DNA of 56,902 nucleotides, the filler included, from Catajapyx aquilonaris (lineage: Eukaryota), in NCBI GenBank assembly GCA_000934665.2. It is 4 parts of 4 records of this genome, joined end to end, with 100 filler letters (N's around TTAATTAATTAA, not from the genome) between each part and the next. Parts side by side here need not be neighbours in the genome. Positions count along the whole stretch, not along the records: positions 1 to 14,141 come from JYFJ02007868.1; 3 more parts are not named here. One strand, given 5' to 3'. Position 1 is the stretch's first letter, and the number at the start of each line of letters is the position of its first letter. The notes under the pieces were generated by a model. That model saw only the letters and a list, made by a program, of their open reading frames with translations, had not been told where the DNA came from and did not search any database. Position numbers and translations under genes: made by a program. Below are positions 1 through 12,542 of this stretch, piece after piece.

Positions 1-342
1 ACCCTCCTCTTTCCCGTCCGGTCTTAAACCTTGCACTGTTGCAATTTACAACCCTTCCACTTTTTCAAATGTTTATTATGATCTGATTCCTACTATAATA
101 CCCATTTTACAAGTGTGCATAGTTGAGAGACTGGATTATTTTAAGATTCACTACTTAAATGTATATCACCACAGTTTCAAAAGTACTCTATTGCAACATG
201 ATTTCATTGTTTATGTTTGGAAGCATACATGAGGGTAGATGATTGGTACAGATGGAGACTTGAGATGGGATAGGCATAACCGAGGTCTCGCAAACATCAC
301 AACAACTGTTTGCTATGGATCATCCAACTCACATTAAAACAA

Positions 343-3300
343 CTATAATTGCACGGAACCATGGGAAGGCCCATTTTGTAGTGCGTCAGGCTCTGTGAAG
401 AATGCACGGTTTTTAAACTGTTGCCATTCAGGCAGCTCCAGCAAGTCCTCAGCCATTCGAATGTCACCTTTGATAGCTGCAATGAGCTCATCTACAACAA
501 ATGAAAAGCCTTAGATATTCATATCCTACGTCTCATTTAAACTATCTATAGAGACTTGAGTCTGTTGTATCAACCCTAATCAAGGTAAGATTGCTGATCA
601 TGTTTGCTTAATTAAAGGAAAATATACAGGGTGTTTCTTACTAGTATGGCCAACGGCAAACAGAGTATTGCTTGGCCCAAAACAAGTCAAAAATGTAGGC
701 AGGATAAATGTTGACGAACCAGCCATTGACGACGTAGACGATGATGGAGATTTACATGCCCACAAGACAAATGCTTCCACCCACCCAACAGCTTTTCTGT
801 GGGGAAGTCAGCAAACTACTATACTTCCTTATGGGCAGTGGTTGTCTTATGTGTCAGGATGTGATCCCAATATTGATAGCTGCAAAAAGAGGCGACCTTG
901 CCAGATCCTGTTCTTTTATCCTGCAGAGACTGAAATGAATGCACCTCTGAGCAAACTAAATGGAAGATAAAGCATTCAAGTGTCAGCAGGTGCATGGCAG
1001 CATACCCTGCATTCGTGAATGTGTCACATTGCCTTCCGTTGTCTCTTGCTTCCTCTGGACGTATTGTGCATGGTCAAATGTCCATTATTGCTAACTTGTA
1101 GTCAAATGTTATTCTTGTAACCCACGCCCTGGCAGTAAGGCCGTACCCACCACAATCATGCTTTTCATCACGTAGCCTACACTGTTGAAGTACAGACCTG
1201 TATGAACCATCGCTGTTCTAACAAATAAGTGTAGCACATGTTTCAATGGGCTAGTACATTAAAGTCTCAATTAGCATTAAATTATTCTTAACTTTAGGCG
1301 CTCAAAGTGGAACATGTAGTTTTTTTTCAACAGGTTACTGTCTCTCTCGCTCTCTACCTGGAAATCTTCACCATGGTATTAGTTGTACGTTGCAATTCCT
1401 TGTTAGTGACGGCAATGTCAAAGTAGATTATCTCGCAATTCCCTGAATGTTTGATCACTTGGCCTGCTCATTCCTTTCCCCAATGCCATGGACACTAAAA
1501 CTAATTAGGCTTTCACCAAACTTTAATACCCTGTCTTCCATTACGTTTGCCCAGATATGCATTCATGTCAGTCTGGACGGGATGATAGAAAGGGATCTGG
1601 CAAGGTCACCTCTTTGTCCAGGTCCATCAATATTGGGGTAAAATCCTAACAACCACAGCTAGTAATGGAACCTAGTGCTTTGCCATCTTCCCCACAGAAA
1701 AGCTGTAGGATGGTGGATGCGTTTGTCTCAGGAGCTTGCAAATCCCCCATTGCCGTCTATTCCGTCAACGGTTGGTCCCTCGGCATTTATCACCCCTACA
1801 TTTTCAACTTGTTTTGGCCCAAGGAATACACATCTGCCATTGGCCATACTAGTAAGAAACATCCTGCATGATAGATATGCAATACCCACATTCTCAGTCC
1901 AAGACTTTCCTTTAATTTGTCTTCATTATATGATGGAGTGTAAGGGCCAGTTGCACCAGCACAAGATTCAGGTACTTGCATGTAGAACATACCCTAGTTA
2001 TTACCATATTACCTCACTTGAAGTGGCATGCCGGGGTAGTGGAGGTCGACCAGTTTTTAGAAATGCACGATCTGGTGGCTATACCGGCTTGCCGGTCTAG
2101 GCGAGGTGTGCCACTATAAGGCGAGGTTTTCTTAAGCACAGCATTATCACGATTTCTATGAAAATTATTAATATTAAAATGAATGCATGACACTATGTTC
2201 TACAGTACGGATACAGCCCAGGACACTTCTATTACCCGACACATCCCATAAGATCGTTCGTTAAGTTCAAATATCACAGTAACATTTTCAATTAAAAGTG
2301 CCATGCTGCAAGAAGGGAAGCATGCATATCAGGATATTTCATACGTTTGGTTTGGATTTTATTATCTGAGTATGAGGCTTCTCAGACAAATTGATACCAC
2401 TACACAAAGTGATCCTCTCATTGCCAACGAGATCTACGACCAGTGAACTACTGAGCAAATCGAAGGGCTGAAGGAATTTGCCTGGATCCTTTGTATTGTT
2501 TAGGGGGGTTCCCGTCTCAGAGCAGGGTGACAATGGGATTGTTCACACTCTATGCCATGTGCACCAGACGAATTTGCATATTCTCACAGCCCTGTAGGCC
2601 TGCACTCGCACATTTGAAACAGTAACATTATTTTAGTACAGTAACAAATGCATTCAAAAGTTGTCAAGGATCAAAATGATGGAAATCTACCTCGGTTATT
2701 GTGGCATGCTGGCCACCCCCCCGGGTTATACCGGCATGCTGATCGACCTCGTTTTATACCGGCATGCTGCAATAAGTGAGGTAATACGGTAATTGGAAGC
2801 CCATTGTTGCCAGCAATTAAAAACAAGGGTAGACCCATGCCTGTACCTGAATCTTGTGCTGGTGTAACTGGCTAGTGATTTTTAAAATGGCACATCAGAC
2901 CCAAAAAGCTGAAACTATGGAAGAATTGATCATGTTCACAAATGGCCAGTTACTCCAGCACAGGATTCAGTGAAAAACAGATTTCCAATGGATCCAATTT
3001 CTATTTGATGGTGTGGGGCAATCATTGCAGTGCTTTTTTTTCTCTCTATCCGATAGAAATTGGATGCATGAAGAATCTGATATTCTCATTGAATCCTGCA
3101 CTGGTACGACCAACACTGAGAAAAATTCAGATGCATATGTTCATGAGGTAGTAAGTCTTCAGCTACTTTTGCCATAAAACATTATCTCAGCATGCTTTAC
3201 ATCTCTACCAATCCTGCACCAAAGTGCCAGTTCTTCCAGCTTATACAGGGTGACTCTAAAGTCAGGATACACAGGTAATTGGATTGTATTGTTGGTTTTC

Positions 3301-5489
3301 AGTTGTGCCAACTCCAAGTGCCAACACAAACTTTACTGACTGTCAATAATCTGCCAGTTGGCACAACTGGAAACCAACCATTCAAATATTCAATCCAATT
3401 ACCTATGTATCCTGACTTGAGAGTCACCCTGTACATTCATTTCTGCAGTGACAACTCTCACTGCTCTGCCTTCACCACCGTACAGACATGCATAATTGCA
3501 GTATACAGGGTGACTCAACTTTTTTGTCCGAACAGTTATCGGAAATATTGCACTAAGCGGCTTATTTTTTAGCAGTGACTTGCACCCAGGGATGCTTCCG
3601 TGGCTTTATCAGTTGAGGGATGTGCCAGGAATGTTGGGGCATATTCTGACTACATAGCTAGAAGCTACATAGGCTTTTCCGATAACTGTTCGGACAAAAA
3701 AGTTGAGACACCCTGTATACATTGAGAATTCATCAGAAGATTAGTATTTCTCATGTCGAGCTCATCTTATCCTAACTCTGTAATCAGTTTCAATATGCTG
3801 GGTCTCTTAAGGCTGGTATCCACTGCTTAATATCAAGGGGTTTCAACCCGTTCAACCCCTTGATATTGAGCAGTGGATACCACCCTTTAGTTTATTAGAA
3901 TCAAAATAAGTCTCAGTCTTTATTAAACGTCCATACTCTCCTGAGAATAAAGTAGGAAAAGAGTGAGAGAATAATTTTCTTGGCTTGGCATCATCAGATC
4001 AGACTGTAATACCCATGAAACCCATAAACTCAAAAACATAAGACTCACCAAGTGAATTAAAAGATTTCTCTGCTCGAATGTACCCCAACATGGCAACCCG
4101 CAATGTGTCGCCATAAAAATCATCAAGTTTGTGGATGATGTGAGTTTCCTGCACAAGTAAAATAGGAACAGTTGTTAATAATATGCAAAGATAACAATAC
4201 CTGGGCTTGCTTCACAAATGCAAGTGCCCCAGTTACTTAGGTTCACACAGTGTAACTGCAGACTACTTACCATGGACTTTTTCTCGTTGGCGTAAAACGG
4301 ATTCCAGCCCACACTCATAACCATCTTGTACACCGGACCTCTGTTGATATTGGCCCAGCCGTAATAAATGCCAGTCTCAATTTCTGGTGGTAAGTTTGCT
4401 ACGGTCTCCTCAGGAAAATTGGCTAAAATATACATTGCTATTATATTGGACGCATCACATCATTTTGAATTACACAAGAATCAACATGAAGCCCACAAAA
4501 GTTCAGTAGCTACATTCCAATAGAAAGAAAATTTAGCACATTAATAGAATGAATATCCAGCCATGAATGCTGCAGCCTAAAAAATTCACTTGTTATCCTT
4601 AACAGGTCTAACAGGACCTTCTTTTACTAACCCATTCAATTCAGACAAGGTTGTTTTCAGTTTGCAGTAGTCTAAGGCCAAGGTCCTGACACACATCACA
4701 ATCGTATAATATGGGAGGACTATGTCTCAGGTCAAGGTCACCAGCAAGCTGACGATAACACAAAATTGCCAAAGTTTTGTTTGCAAGTAATGTACCGTCT
4801 TGCAGCACTTTCAGTAATACTCATATCTTTTTGTTCCTGTTGATCATTTTCATAACTGTGAATTTCATGTAATGTCACTTATGATCCTGACATGCTTCGG
4901 CAGTTCTGCTAATCTCCAACTTATGAATATGTTGAATAGAAGCACATAATTGACATTGCAGTCAAAACAAAAGAATCAAAAACTGAAATACTAAAATTAT
5001 TGTAGTGAAGCAGTTGAAAATAATAATAATTGTGGGGGTAGTGCTTCACCTTTCGGCGTTCGGCACGGACCTTTATTATTTGATCATACATAGTGTACAA
5101 GTTGGAGCCATTGAGAAGCGCCCGGGCCCACGGGCAGGATGACAGGTGGGGATGTGCAAGTGCAGTGCATCTGACGTGGTGGCCATTTTTAGTGAACACC
5201 CCCGGGTGGTTTAGTCTGTGGAAATACCACCCGAGACGAAGCCAGAGGTGACCCTGAACTCTGCACGAGATGAAGGGGGTGTCCCCGGGTTGGGATCGAA
5301 CCCGGGACCTTAACATCCGTGGGCGCATACGTTACCGCAGCACCACTCCGCCTCCCCAGTTGAAAATAATGAATGAATCAAATAAATCTACAAACCTGTT
5401 GGAATTCCTAACTCCTTTGAGCCTCTGCCAAATCCTTTGATTACTCTCCCAGCTGCAAAATATGGTAGTCCCTTCCGGGCAATAGTCAT
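343..5489 (-). CDS. RFK: Riboflavin kinase, 4 coding exons (5489-5396, 4422-4271, 4148-4049, 491-343), 164 aa
   Basis: Spliced translation MTIARKGLPYFAAGRVIKGFGRGSKELGIPT-ANFPEE...GIYYGWA...MVMSVGWNPFY...ETHIIH...DFYG...GYIRAEKSFNSL-DELIAAIKGDI. It carries the GFGRGSKELGIPTAN and GWNPFY flavokinase motifs. All introns are GT-AG with matching phases (1,0,1); stop TAG at 345-343. Confidence 0.96.
627..1866. mobile_element. Non-autonomous Tc1/mariner-type element with ~300 bp imperfect terminal inverted repeats (RFK intron)
   Basis: TA|CAGGGTGTTTCTTACTAGTATGGCCAA at 627 mirrors TTGGCCATACTAGTAAGAAACATCCTG ending at 1866; arms align over roughly 627-930 and 1567-1866. Confidence 0.8.
1945..2872. 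mobile_element. Short foldback element split by a nested insertion
   Basis: GCCAGTTGCACCAGCACAAGATTCAGGTAC near 1946 is the reverse complement of GTACCTGAATCTTGTGCTGGTGTAACTGGC near 2842-2871. Confidence 0.6.
2004..2789. mobile_element. TA-flanked MITE (Tc1/mariner/pogo-type) nested in the previous element
   Basis: TA|CCATATTACCTCACTT ... AAGTGAGGTAATACGG|TA, with subterminal CCGGCATGC motifs at both ends. Confidence 0.7.
3246..3431. mobile_element. Hairpin MITE, TA-CAGGGTG class
   Basis: TA|CAGGGTGACTCTAAAGTCAGGATACA ... TGTATCCTGACTTGAGAGTCACCCTG|TA; nearly the whole element is palindromic. Confidence 0.85.
3506..3715. mobile_element. MITE, TA-CAGGGTG class
   Basis: TA|CAGGGTGACTCAACTTTTTTGTCCGAACAGTTATCGGAAA ... 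TTTCCGATAACTGTTCGGACAAAAAAGTTGAGACACCCTG|TA. Confidence 0.85.
3808..3889. repeat. Small palindromic element (Harbinger-like MITE remnant)
   Basis: GGTATCCACTGCTTAATATCAAGGGG ... CCCCTTGATATTGAGCAGTGGATACC. Confidence 0.6.
5021..5357 (-). mobile_element. tRNA-derived SINE family A, copy 1
   Basis: A-box-like TGGTGCTGCGG, B-box GGTTCGATCCC, (TTA)n tail and target-site duplication AGTTGAAAATAAT (5012-5024 / 5358-5370). Homologous to copies at 15835-16155 and 26014-26432. Confidence 0.85.
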
Positions 5490-5930
5490 ATCTACCTGCA
5501 GAATAATGAACATTTATAATTACTGACATTATACAAGATGTACAGAGTACTTTACAGTAACAACGAAATATGCGTTGGTCAGAAGTCAGGAGTTGCAGTG
5601 ACGAGAATACTGATTATGGCGGCACGATACTATTCATGTATCTACCTGGCTCCTAATGGCCTTGACTGCAAAACAGTGGGTATGTAGTAAGCTGCTCTCT
5701 CATTGAAGTGTATGTTGGGAGAACACATGGTACAAGGGGTGAACAACTTCTAAGTAACTAGTGTTAGTTTGAACATCATGAAGGTCGGTGTGCACATCCA
5801 CTTAAACCAATCGTAAATAAAAAGGCACCTATGCCGAGCTATGTGGCAAAAACAATGAAATAATCAAATCGCTTTAACTTACTTCGTAATCTAGTAGCCA
5901 GTATCTCATAGATAAGAGTATCACACTCAC

Positions 5931-6540
5931 CTGCATGGGACACAGTTAGAAGGCACACGGAATGGTAACAAGTCAGATTGAGGTAGTTGCACTAGGAAGA
6001 TACCGGACTGGTAAATATTAGGCCACACTGTAAAACATGCTGCAAAAAGGCATGGCGAAAAGCTGAACTGCTGAAGTGAGCTGAAAATGTGTTACCAGAT
6101 CAACAACAGTAAATGCAACTAAATACTGTCAATTTATAAGCAACACAATAATTTCAAACTTGTTACATGTAACGTAATTAGTTGATTTAGGAAGTACTAG
6201 CTCCGAAGAGATTTGTTACTAAAAATTATCGGCCACCAGATGGCTCCACCTTGGAGAGCATTCAAATATGGCCGCTGGTCGTTTCTGTCGATTTTGTCCT
6301 TGACCATTATTTGTATTCTTGTATCTTGCTTTGGAGTCCATGCCGTATCGGATAGATTGAGAGTATTGTGGTATTGATAGTGATATTGTATGACAGCGAA
6401 GTTGTGTCCATGCTAGCCATAACCTGTTACACATAACGCTAGTGAATCCCTGGACCTTAGATCTTCCAGAATCTCTGAACAACCTTGGAAAAAATCATCT
6501 GTCGGCATATCGGGAGGATTTAACAAAGTCCCTAACAACA
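5931..6540. promoter_or_regulatory. Putative bidirectional promoter region with divergent 5' UTR exons of RFK (minus) and LACTB (plus)
   Basis: Minus-strand donor CAG|GTGAGT at 5931/5930 pairs with the acceptor at 5496 just before the RFK ATG. Plus-strand donor ACA|GTGAGT at 6540/6541 could pair with acceptor TGCAG at 8376 just before the LACTB ATG. Transcription start sites cannot be determined. Confidence 0.5.
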
Positions 6541-6607
6541 GTGAGTTCTAAGTTTGCAGTAATAGGAAAATTTTAACAAATAGAATTCTGAAGTTACATA
6601 AAGCCTA

Positions 6608-6763
6608 CAGTAAAACCTTGATACGACGCTCTTCAAGGGACCGCCCAAAAGTAGCTTTATACGAGGGGAAATTTACCTTATGGAAATGATCAAGGGACTG
6701 GAAAAAGGGGATTTAAAAGTGGCGAAGCGTTATATGCCGGAGCGTTATATCGAGGTTTTACTG
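6608..6763. mobile_element. pogo/Tigger-like MITE
   Basis: TA|CAGTAAAACCTTGATAC ... ATATCGAGGTTTTACTG|TA. Confidence 0.8.
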
Positions 6764-6910
6764 TATGTCATGTAGTTGAAGGCATTGCATGTTGTTGTCT
6801 CACGATAATTTTTAGTTATATTAGAGATCATTTATGAGATATTAGATATATTAGTGATAATGATATACGATGAAGTAACACTCAGTTTTGTAATATCTAC
6901 GTGGGGTCAC

Positions 6911-7307
6911 GACCACACCATTGCCCTAAGACGGCCCGAGCCCAACGCGCTTGGAGCTGTTGGACGCTGCATGCAGGACATGGAGAGGGACAACACAAGA
7001 GCTTCCTTTCAAGTGTGGGACGAGTCAGAGCACTATGCTTAGGACTCTGAAAGTTCTCAGGAAGTTGGTATCCTCACCATCTCTTTGAGATTACCCACCC
7101 TTAGAACTCGATCACAGTGAGGACGATGGTTTTTTTAAAACAGTTTGTGGGGATGGATGGCACAGTCATGGCTCAGGTCATAGAGCTCTGACTTGTCCCA
7201 CACTCGAAAGCAAGCTCCCGTGTTGTCCATCTCCGAGTGTCCTGCATGCAACGTTCAACAGCTCCAACTGCGTCAGGCTCGGGCCGTCTTAGGGCGATGG
7301 TGTGGTG
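6911..7307. mobile_element. Foldback element with ~130 bp inverted arms
   Basis: ACCACACCATTGCCCTAAGACGGCCCGAGCC... mirrors ...GGCTCGGGCCGTCTTAGGGCGATGGTGTGGT. Confidence 0.7.
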
Positions 7308-8380
7308 GGGGGGTCATGTTTCTTTTGTTTCCTGCCACCCTCACAATATGGGAGACATCTATATATTAGATCAAATTGTAATCGCCAGAGCTTCAAAACT
7401 CAGCAAAGGTCATCTCTGTATGTGTTACCGTTTTAGAATTTAAAAATACGCGCAATGACTTACGAAACAACCCACGTATTATGGTATTGTAAAAATCTGG
7501 ATTTGAAATTCACTATTTTGGAATTATTTCCCTCTTAAAATTTCTGCTGTACGTGCTAGGAACAATATGTAATTTTAGTTTAATTTTTCTAAAGCAATGT
7601 TACATAACACCCATTTTACATACTGTAGTTGTATAATGTTAAGTAAAAGTGATATTTGATTAAATATATGATTTTGCAACATTGGTTACACAGGTTCAAG
7701 CTCCTTCAAATGGGTAATGCAATTATGGGGAACCATGATCCAGACACATTAATTTCATTTATTACAATTTTAGTGAATGACTTGGCAAATCAGCTACCAT
7801 CTACCACTATGAAATTGACCTAGAAAATTTTCTAAAGGTTTCGCTTCTGGTACCTCCTGTGGTGAGTTTAAACTCAGGGGGAAAAATCCCAAAATGGCAA
7901 ATTTCTAATGCAGAACTTAATTTCTTCATCATACATGTTAGGTACAACTTCCACTAAAAATAGTGGAAGTTCACAGCTAAAAGAATCCAGGTACACATCC
8001 TTCACCTTCATACAGTGTTTCTCTGCCCAAGTGGATGGTCAGACAGCATCAGAGACGGGGACAAGTTCAAGGATTATTCACCCCTAGTCTGAATTCGAAA
8101 CAAGTGCAAAATCTGCACAAAGTTTGGGACATTCTTTAGTCTTTTTTCAATATTTTGATCTTTTTTGTTGCACAATTCTATTCTGGAGTGATTAATCCAG
8201 CAACACTTTGGCTTCCCCGCAGTTGGGACTGTCAATTTGGGTTGAGAAACATTCTGTCTTGCATGTATCACTATCTGCAGTTCATAAATATAATTTGATA
8301 CCAACAAACTTACTGCAAGGAACCCTCTCATTTATTATAATCTCCTTTGTTTTTTAAATTCTTTATGGCAATGCAGCACA

Positions 8381-10710
8381 ATGAAGACGAGAGCTTACAG
8401 TGCTTTGGCAGTTGCTACCACTGCTGCTACAGCTGTGTATTTCTCAAAGTACAAGCTCTCTGCACTACCTGCATCTCCTATCAGCAAGGATGAAAGTGAC
8501 AAGGATGACCATAATTCGTCTGCAAGAAGAGAAATGGTTCTCACAAGCCATGAGGCTCGAGAGCTGAATGTTCTTCCACACAGTTGCAACATTGCTAAGA
8601 ATCAGGCCCGAGACCTGTGCATCAGGCTGAAGGATGAGGTGGGTGCCCCAGGTTTGACAGTTGGGGTGTCTGTGGATGGCCAGATGGTATGGCAAGAAGG
8701 TAGAGTTAAGAGAAGGGAAAGAAAAGTACTACAATGACAAGCTTCTCCAGGTAATTTGTGTGCATTGCAGGTCTGGGATACTCTGACGTGGAGAACCGAG
8801 TTAAGATCCATCCACACTCGGTGATGCGAATTGCCAGCGTCAGCAAGTCAATGACTATGGCTGCTGTTGGAAAGCTGTGGGAAGATGGCAAGTTGGATTT
8901 GGATAAACCTGTTCAGGAATATGTCCCATCATTTCCGATAAAGGCATATGAAGGAAAAGAGGTAATGTGTGGTAAATAATTATTGGGCTCAAGTTAAGCT
9001 GGTTAGGGGGGATAGAGTTTGTATAGTCATCACTTGTCAGTGTAAGCTGAGATACATGGGTTGGTGCAAAAGCCATTGCATGTATTTTAAAAGTCGAACA
9101 CACCCTCAAGTGTTTGGACCAGCCCCCAGACACTACCCCTACAGTCTCCTCTTATCACCTGCTGAGGCATTTTGCAGCGGGTGCTCACCTGAGAGCGCCA
9201 TGAGACATTTCGGGGCCCAGGTAAGTGGCGACCCTACCGGACTAGGCTGAACTTTATAGGTACGAAAGGGGAGGGCTACATGCGGGCCCAATATGGTTGC
9301 CGGCAGCCCCATGTTGGGCCTGCATGTAGCGCTTCCCTTTCGTACCTATAAAGTTCAGCCTAGTCCAGTAGGGTCGCCACTTACCTGGGCCCCGAAATGT
9401 CTCATGGCGCTCTCAAGTGAGTACCCGCTGGAAAACGCCCCGGCAGGGGGTGGGTGGGAGTGACCGGACCTTACTTATATGACCGTGGTTTGGACCATCT
9501 TTGTTCTGACAGTACTGCCAATGTCAGTCTTATGGGAAGCGTCAAATTAGAACAGTTTCCAACCTTCCATGTCTAACTTGAAATACTAGTTTCAACAGAC
9601 CTGCTGAAACCAAATTAATTAGCCTGCATTTCAGCCTGTGTATTTGCCATTTTCAATTGCAGGTGCAGATTACCACTCGGATGCTGCTATGCCACATGTC
9701 TGGAATTCGCCATTATGAGAAAAAAGCAGAAGAAAAGCGAAAATCAATGCCAGGAAATGATTCAGACAAAGAAAATGTTACAAAGAGAAAAAAAATCAAG
9801 TCAGATGACAACTATGCAGAATTTTTAATCAAAGACAAGTTTCCATCTGTGGAAAAATCACTTGAATTGTTCAAAAATGATGAGCTGGTGTCTGCCCCTG
9901 GTGAGCATATTGTCCTGCTGCATTAATGTTCCTTATTTACTTACACCGAATTTCAGGAACAAATTTCCTGTATACTACGCATGGGTGGACTTTGGTTGGT
10001 GCTGTGGTGGAAGGAATTACAAAAGTGCCATTTGACAAGTACATGCAGAACCTGTTTCGCTCTTTAGGCCTGAACAAGACTTACTTGGATGAAAATGAAC
10101 CTCTCATTTACAACAGATCCAGGTAAATACATATATTATTCAATAACCTAATGCTCTATTTTCATGGTGCTAAAAAGTAATTTTGTTTTACAGGTATTAT
10201 GTGAAAAATGAAAGAGGTCGACTGATCAATGCTCCTTATGTCGACAATTCATACAAGTGGGCTGGCGGAGGGTTCCTTTCCACAGTGGGTGACCTGGTCA
10301 AGTTTGGGAATGCCATGCTCTACAGTCATCAGTGTTGTCGGCCAGAAAAATCAACCCCTGCAGCTGAGATGAAAGGCTTCCTTAAACCTGAAACTATGGT
10401 TATGATGTGGACTCCAGTGGCAAACACTAAAATGGCTTGGGATAAGCAAGGGAGTTATGGATTGGGATGGGGAGTGGTGCCATTCAAGGAGGACTGCAAG
10501 TTTTGCCGAAAACAGGAGTTTTATGTGTCTCACACTGGGGGTGCTGTTGGGGGTAGCAGTGTGCTCCTGGTCCTGCCAACAGAATGCCAAGGGAATCCTC
10601 CAAAAGGAGTGGTAGTGGCCATGATCACCAATTTGCAAGGTGTCAACTTGAACACAGCTGCCTTGGACATTGCAAGATTGTTTTCCAGTGACAACAACAA
10701 TGATACTTGA
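8381..10710 (+). CDS. LACTB: Serine beta-lactamase-like protein LACTB (mitochondrial), 5 exons (8381-8699, 8771-8961, 9663-9900, 9957-10122, 10194-10710), 476 aa
   Basis: Contains GAPGLTVGVSVDG, MRIASVSKSMT (SxxK), ITTRMLLCHMSGIRHY, FLYTTHGWT (YxT), YVDNSYKWAGGGFLSTVGDLVKFG and SHTGGAVG (HTG). GT-AG introns with matching phases (1,0,1,2); AATAAA at 10847-10852. Confidence 0.96.
9158..9447. mobile_element. Near-perfect ~290 bp foldback element in LACTB intron 2
   Basis: GAGAGCGCCATGAGACATTTCGGGGCCCAGGTAAGTGGCGACCCTAC... and its reverse complement, centred on GCCGGC near 9300. Confidence 0.8.
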
Positions 10711-11248
10711 TTGCAATTCATTTGGTGAAAAATACATATTTTTATCAAAAAACCCTTCAGGTTGTTGGAGAAATGACTGCTGCTGGGGTAGCATTAGGAA
10801 TTTTACACTCAAATTGTAAATATATTATTACCAAGTGACATTGTCTAATAAAATAGAGGGAATAAGTGCAAGTGTTGAATTATTTTGCTTCATGAAATGG
10901 GGACCAGGCCAAGAAGTTTAGAAAGCATACCCATGAGTAGAATTAATGCTTGCTTCCACCACATAAGCTTGCCTGGCTACTTGGGGGGGATCTCGACAAC
11001 TGGCTGTGGGTCAATTTGCTGCCAGGCATCGTAATGCCATTTTAAAGAGTCACATGACAAAGCTGTTGGTACTTTATTCTCATTTCTCTAGCATGGAACA
11101 AACATAAAAATCATCCAAATACAAACATATTCTTTATTGCACGTAACTTTTTTAGATAATAATTTGCAATCATGTAACCAAGCACATTATTTTGATCCAA
11201 CCATAAAATCAGACAAATCAGAATTTCAGGTTTTAAGAGTAGTCTTAA

Positions 11249-11466
11249 AGGGCTACTGTCTCAAAAATTAAAATGTGAATTTTTTAAAAACCTCACATGA
11301 TCTTCGAAAAGCATGCCAGTGAAAGTCCCAATCAATGTGACTATATTCGGGGGGGGGGATATCTCTCTCCTTCTTTTCTGCAGTATTTTCAGTGTCATGA
11401 AGATCGCCCATACTGACACATTCCATGCATTACCTCAAAATTTTTGAATTAGGAGACAGTAAGCCT
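11249..11466. mobile_element. TTAA-flanked MITE with AGG termini (Kolobok-like)
   Basis: TTAA|AGGGCTACTGTCTC ... GAGACAGTAAGCCT|TTAA. Confidence 0.6.
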
Positions 11467-11532
11467 TTAACAGCAATGATGAATCATTTCACTCTTCAGT
11501 GCTGGATAATTCCTTACACAACAGAACAATAT

Positions 11533-11643
11533 GGGTGGAATTTTCGTTGTACTATTAGTTACTTTTAACTTAGCAGTACCAATGTAATGCAATGGTACTG
11601 CTAAGTTAAAAGTAACTGTAGTAGTACGACGAAAATTCCACCC
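11533..11643. mobile_element. Palindromic MITE
   Basis: GGGTGGAATTTTCGT...AACTTAGCAGTACCA mirrors TGGTACTGCTAAGTT...ACGAAAATTCCACCC; a half copy recurs at about 13270-13322. Confidence 0.7.
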
Positions 11644-12542
11644 TATGAATTTCAAGTTGTAAAGTCACAACACTATTTCATCTAACACTATTTTGTCCTG
11701 AATTTGTCATGCATGATTACATGAAATGCCAGTACTTGCATAGTAACTCTCCACAGAGGGTCTGAGGTACACCACTGCATTCTTTCAGTCACATTCATGG
11801 CTACCTCATTAACGCTGTCCTGAGTTTGCTCCAAGTACTATGTTGGCACCTTTTAAAATTTTATCTTGTGTAATGGACTTGTGGAAGAAAAAGAAACCAG
11901 AAACATCACAGCACACTGCATGGAGTATTGTTGTGTACCAGCATTGCGGCTGAACATAAATGCAATGATCTGGAATGAGTTCATAGAATGTAATACAACA
12001 GAAGGGGTGCCACAAACATTTTCCTGCACACCAGAACTGTACTTTAACATTTGCAGCAAGTCACACAACGTGAGTCATGGACAATGGTAAATCTCCCCAC
12101 TGGTTATGTTACCTAGCTGTTTATGAATCATCGACTTGGAAAAAACTAATGCAGAAAGATAGAGTACAGAACTTGGCATTTTCAAATAAAACTCATCCTT
12201 GTTGGAAACCTCTATGTAAATTTTATCACGGAAAAAAGGGACTGGTATTCTTTGACCGGAGTACTTCATTGTCATGTAGAACGCAACCAGGTACTTTCTC
12301 TCACACAATGTAAATGTAATAGGGACAAAAGAACCTCTTTTTGATACATTTAATCAACCAAATTAAATATCCATCAAAAATTCTGCCTAATCAAATGGCA
12401 TGTGAATGGCAGTATTTTCTGATTATTTAATATTCAGGTTTATATCTATCACATAGAATATGCAGCGGTGACTCCTCATCATTTCAAAGAAACTGACTTG
12501 AAACGATCCATAGGAACTCGGGAGACATTCCCTTTCCCCTAT

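Noticed and set aside
8381..10710. Bacterial beta-lactamase contamination or recent horizontal transfer
   Set aside because: It has four spliceosomal introns and the metazoan LACTB motif set (SxSK, YxT, HTG).
10351..10812. 153-aa antisense ORF, and similar ORFs opposite LACTB and kanadaptin exons
   Set aside because: These are shadow ORFs of real coding exons on the other strand.
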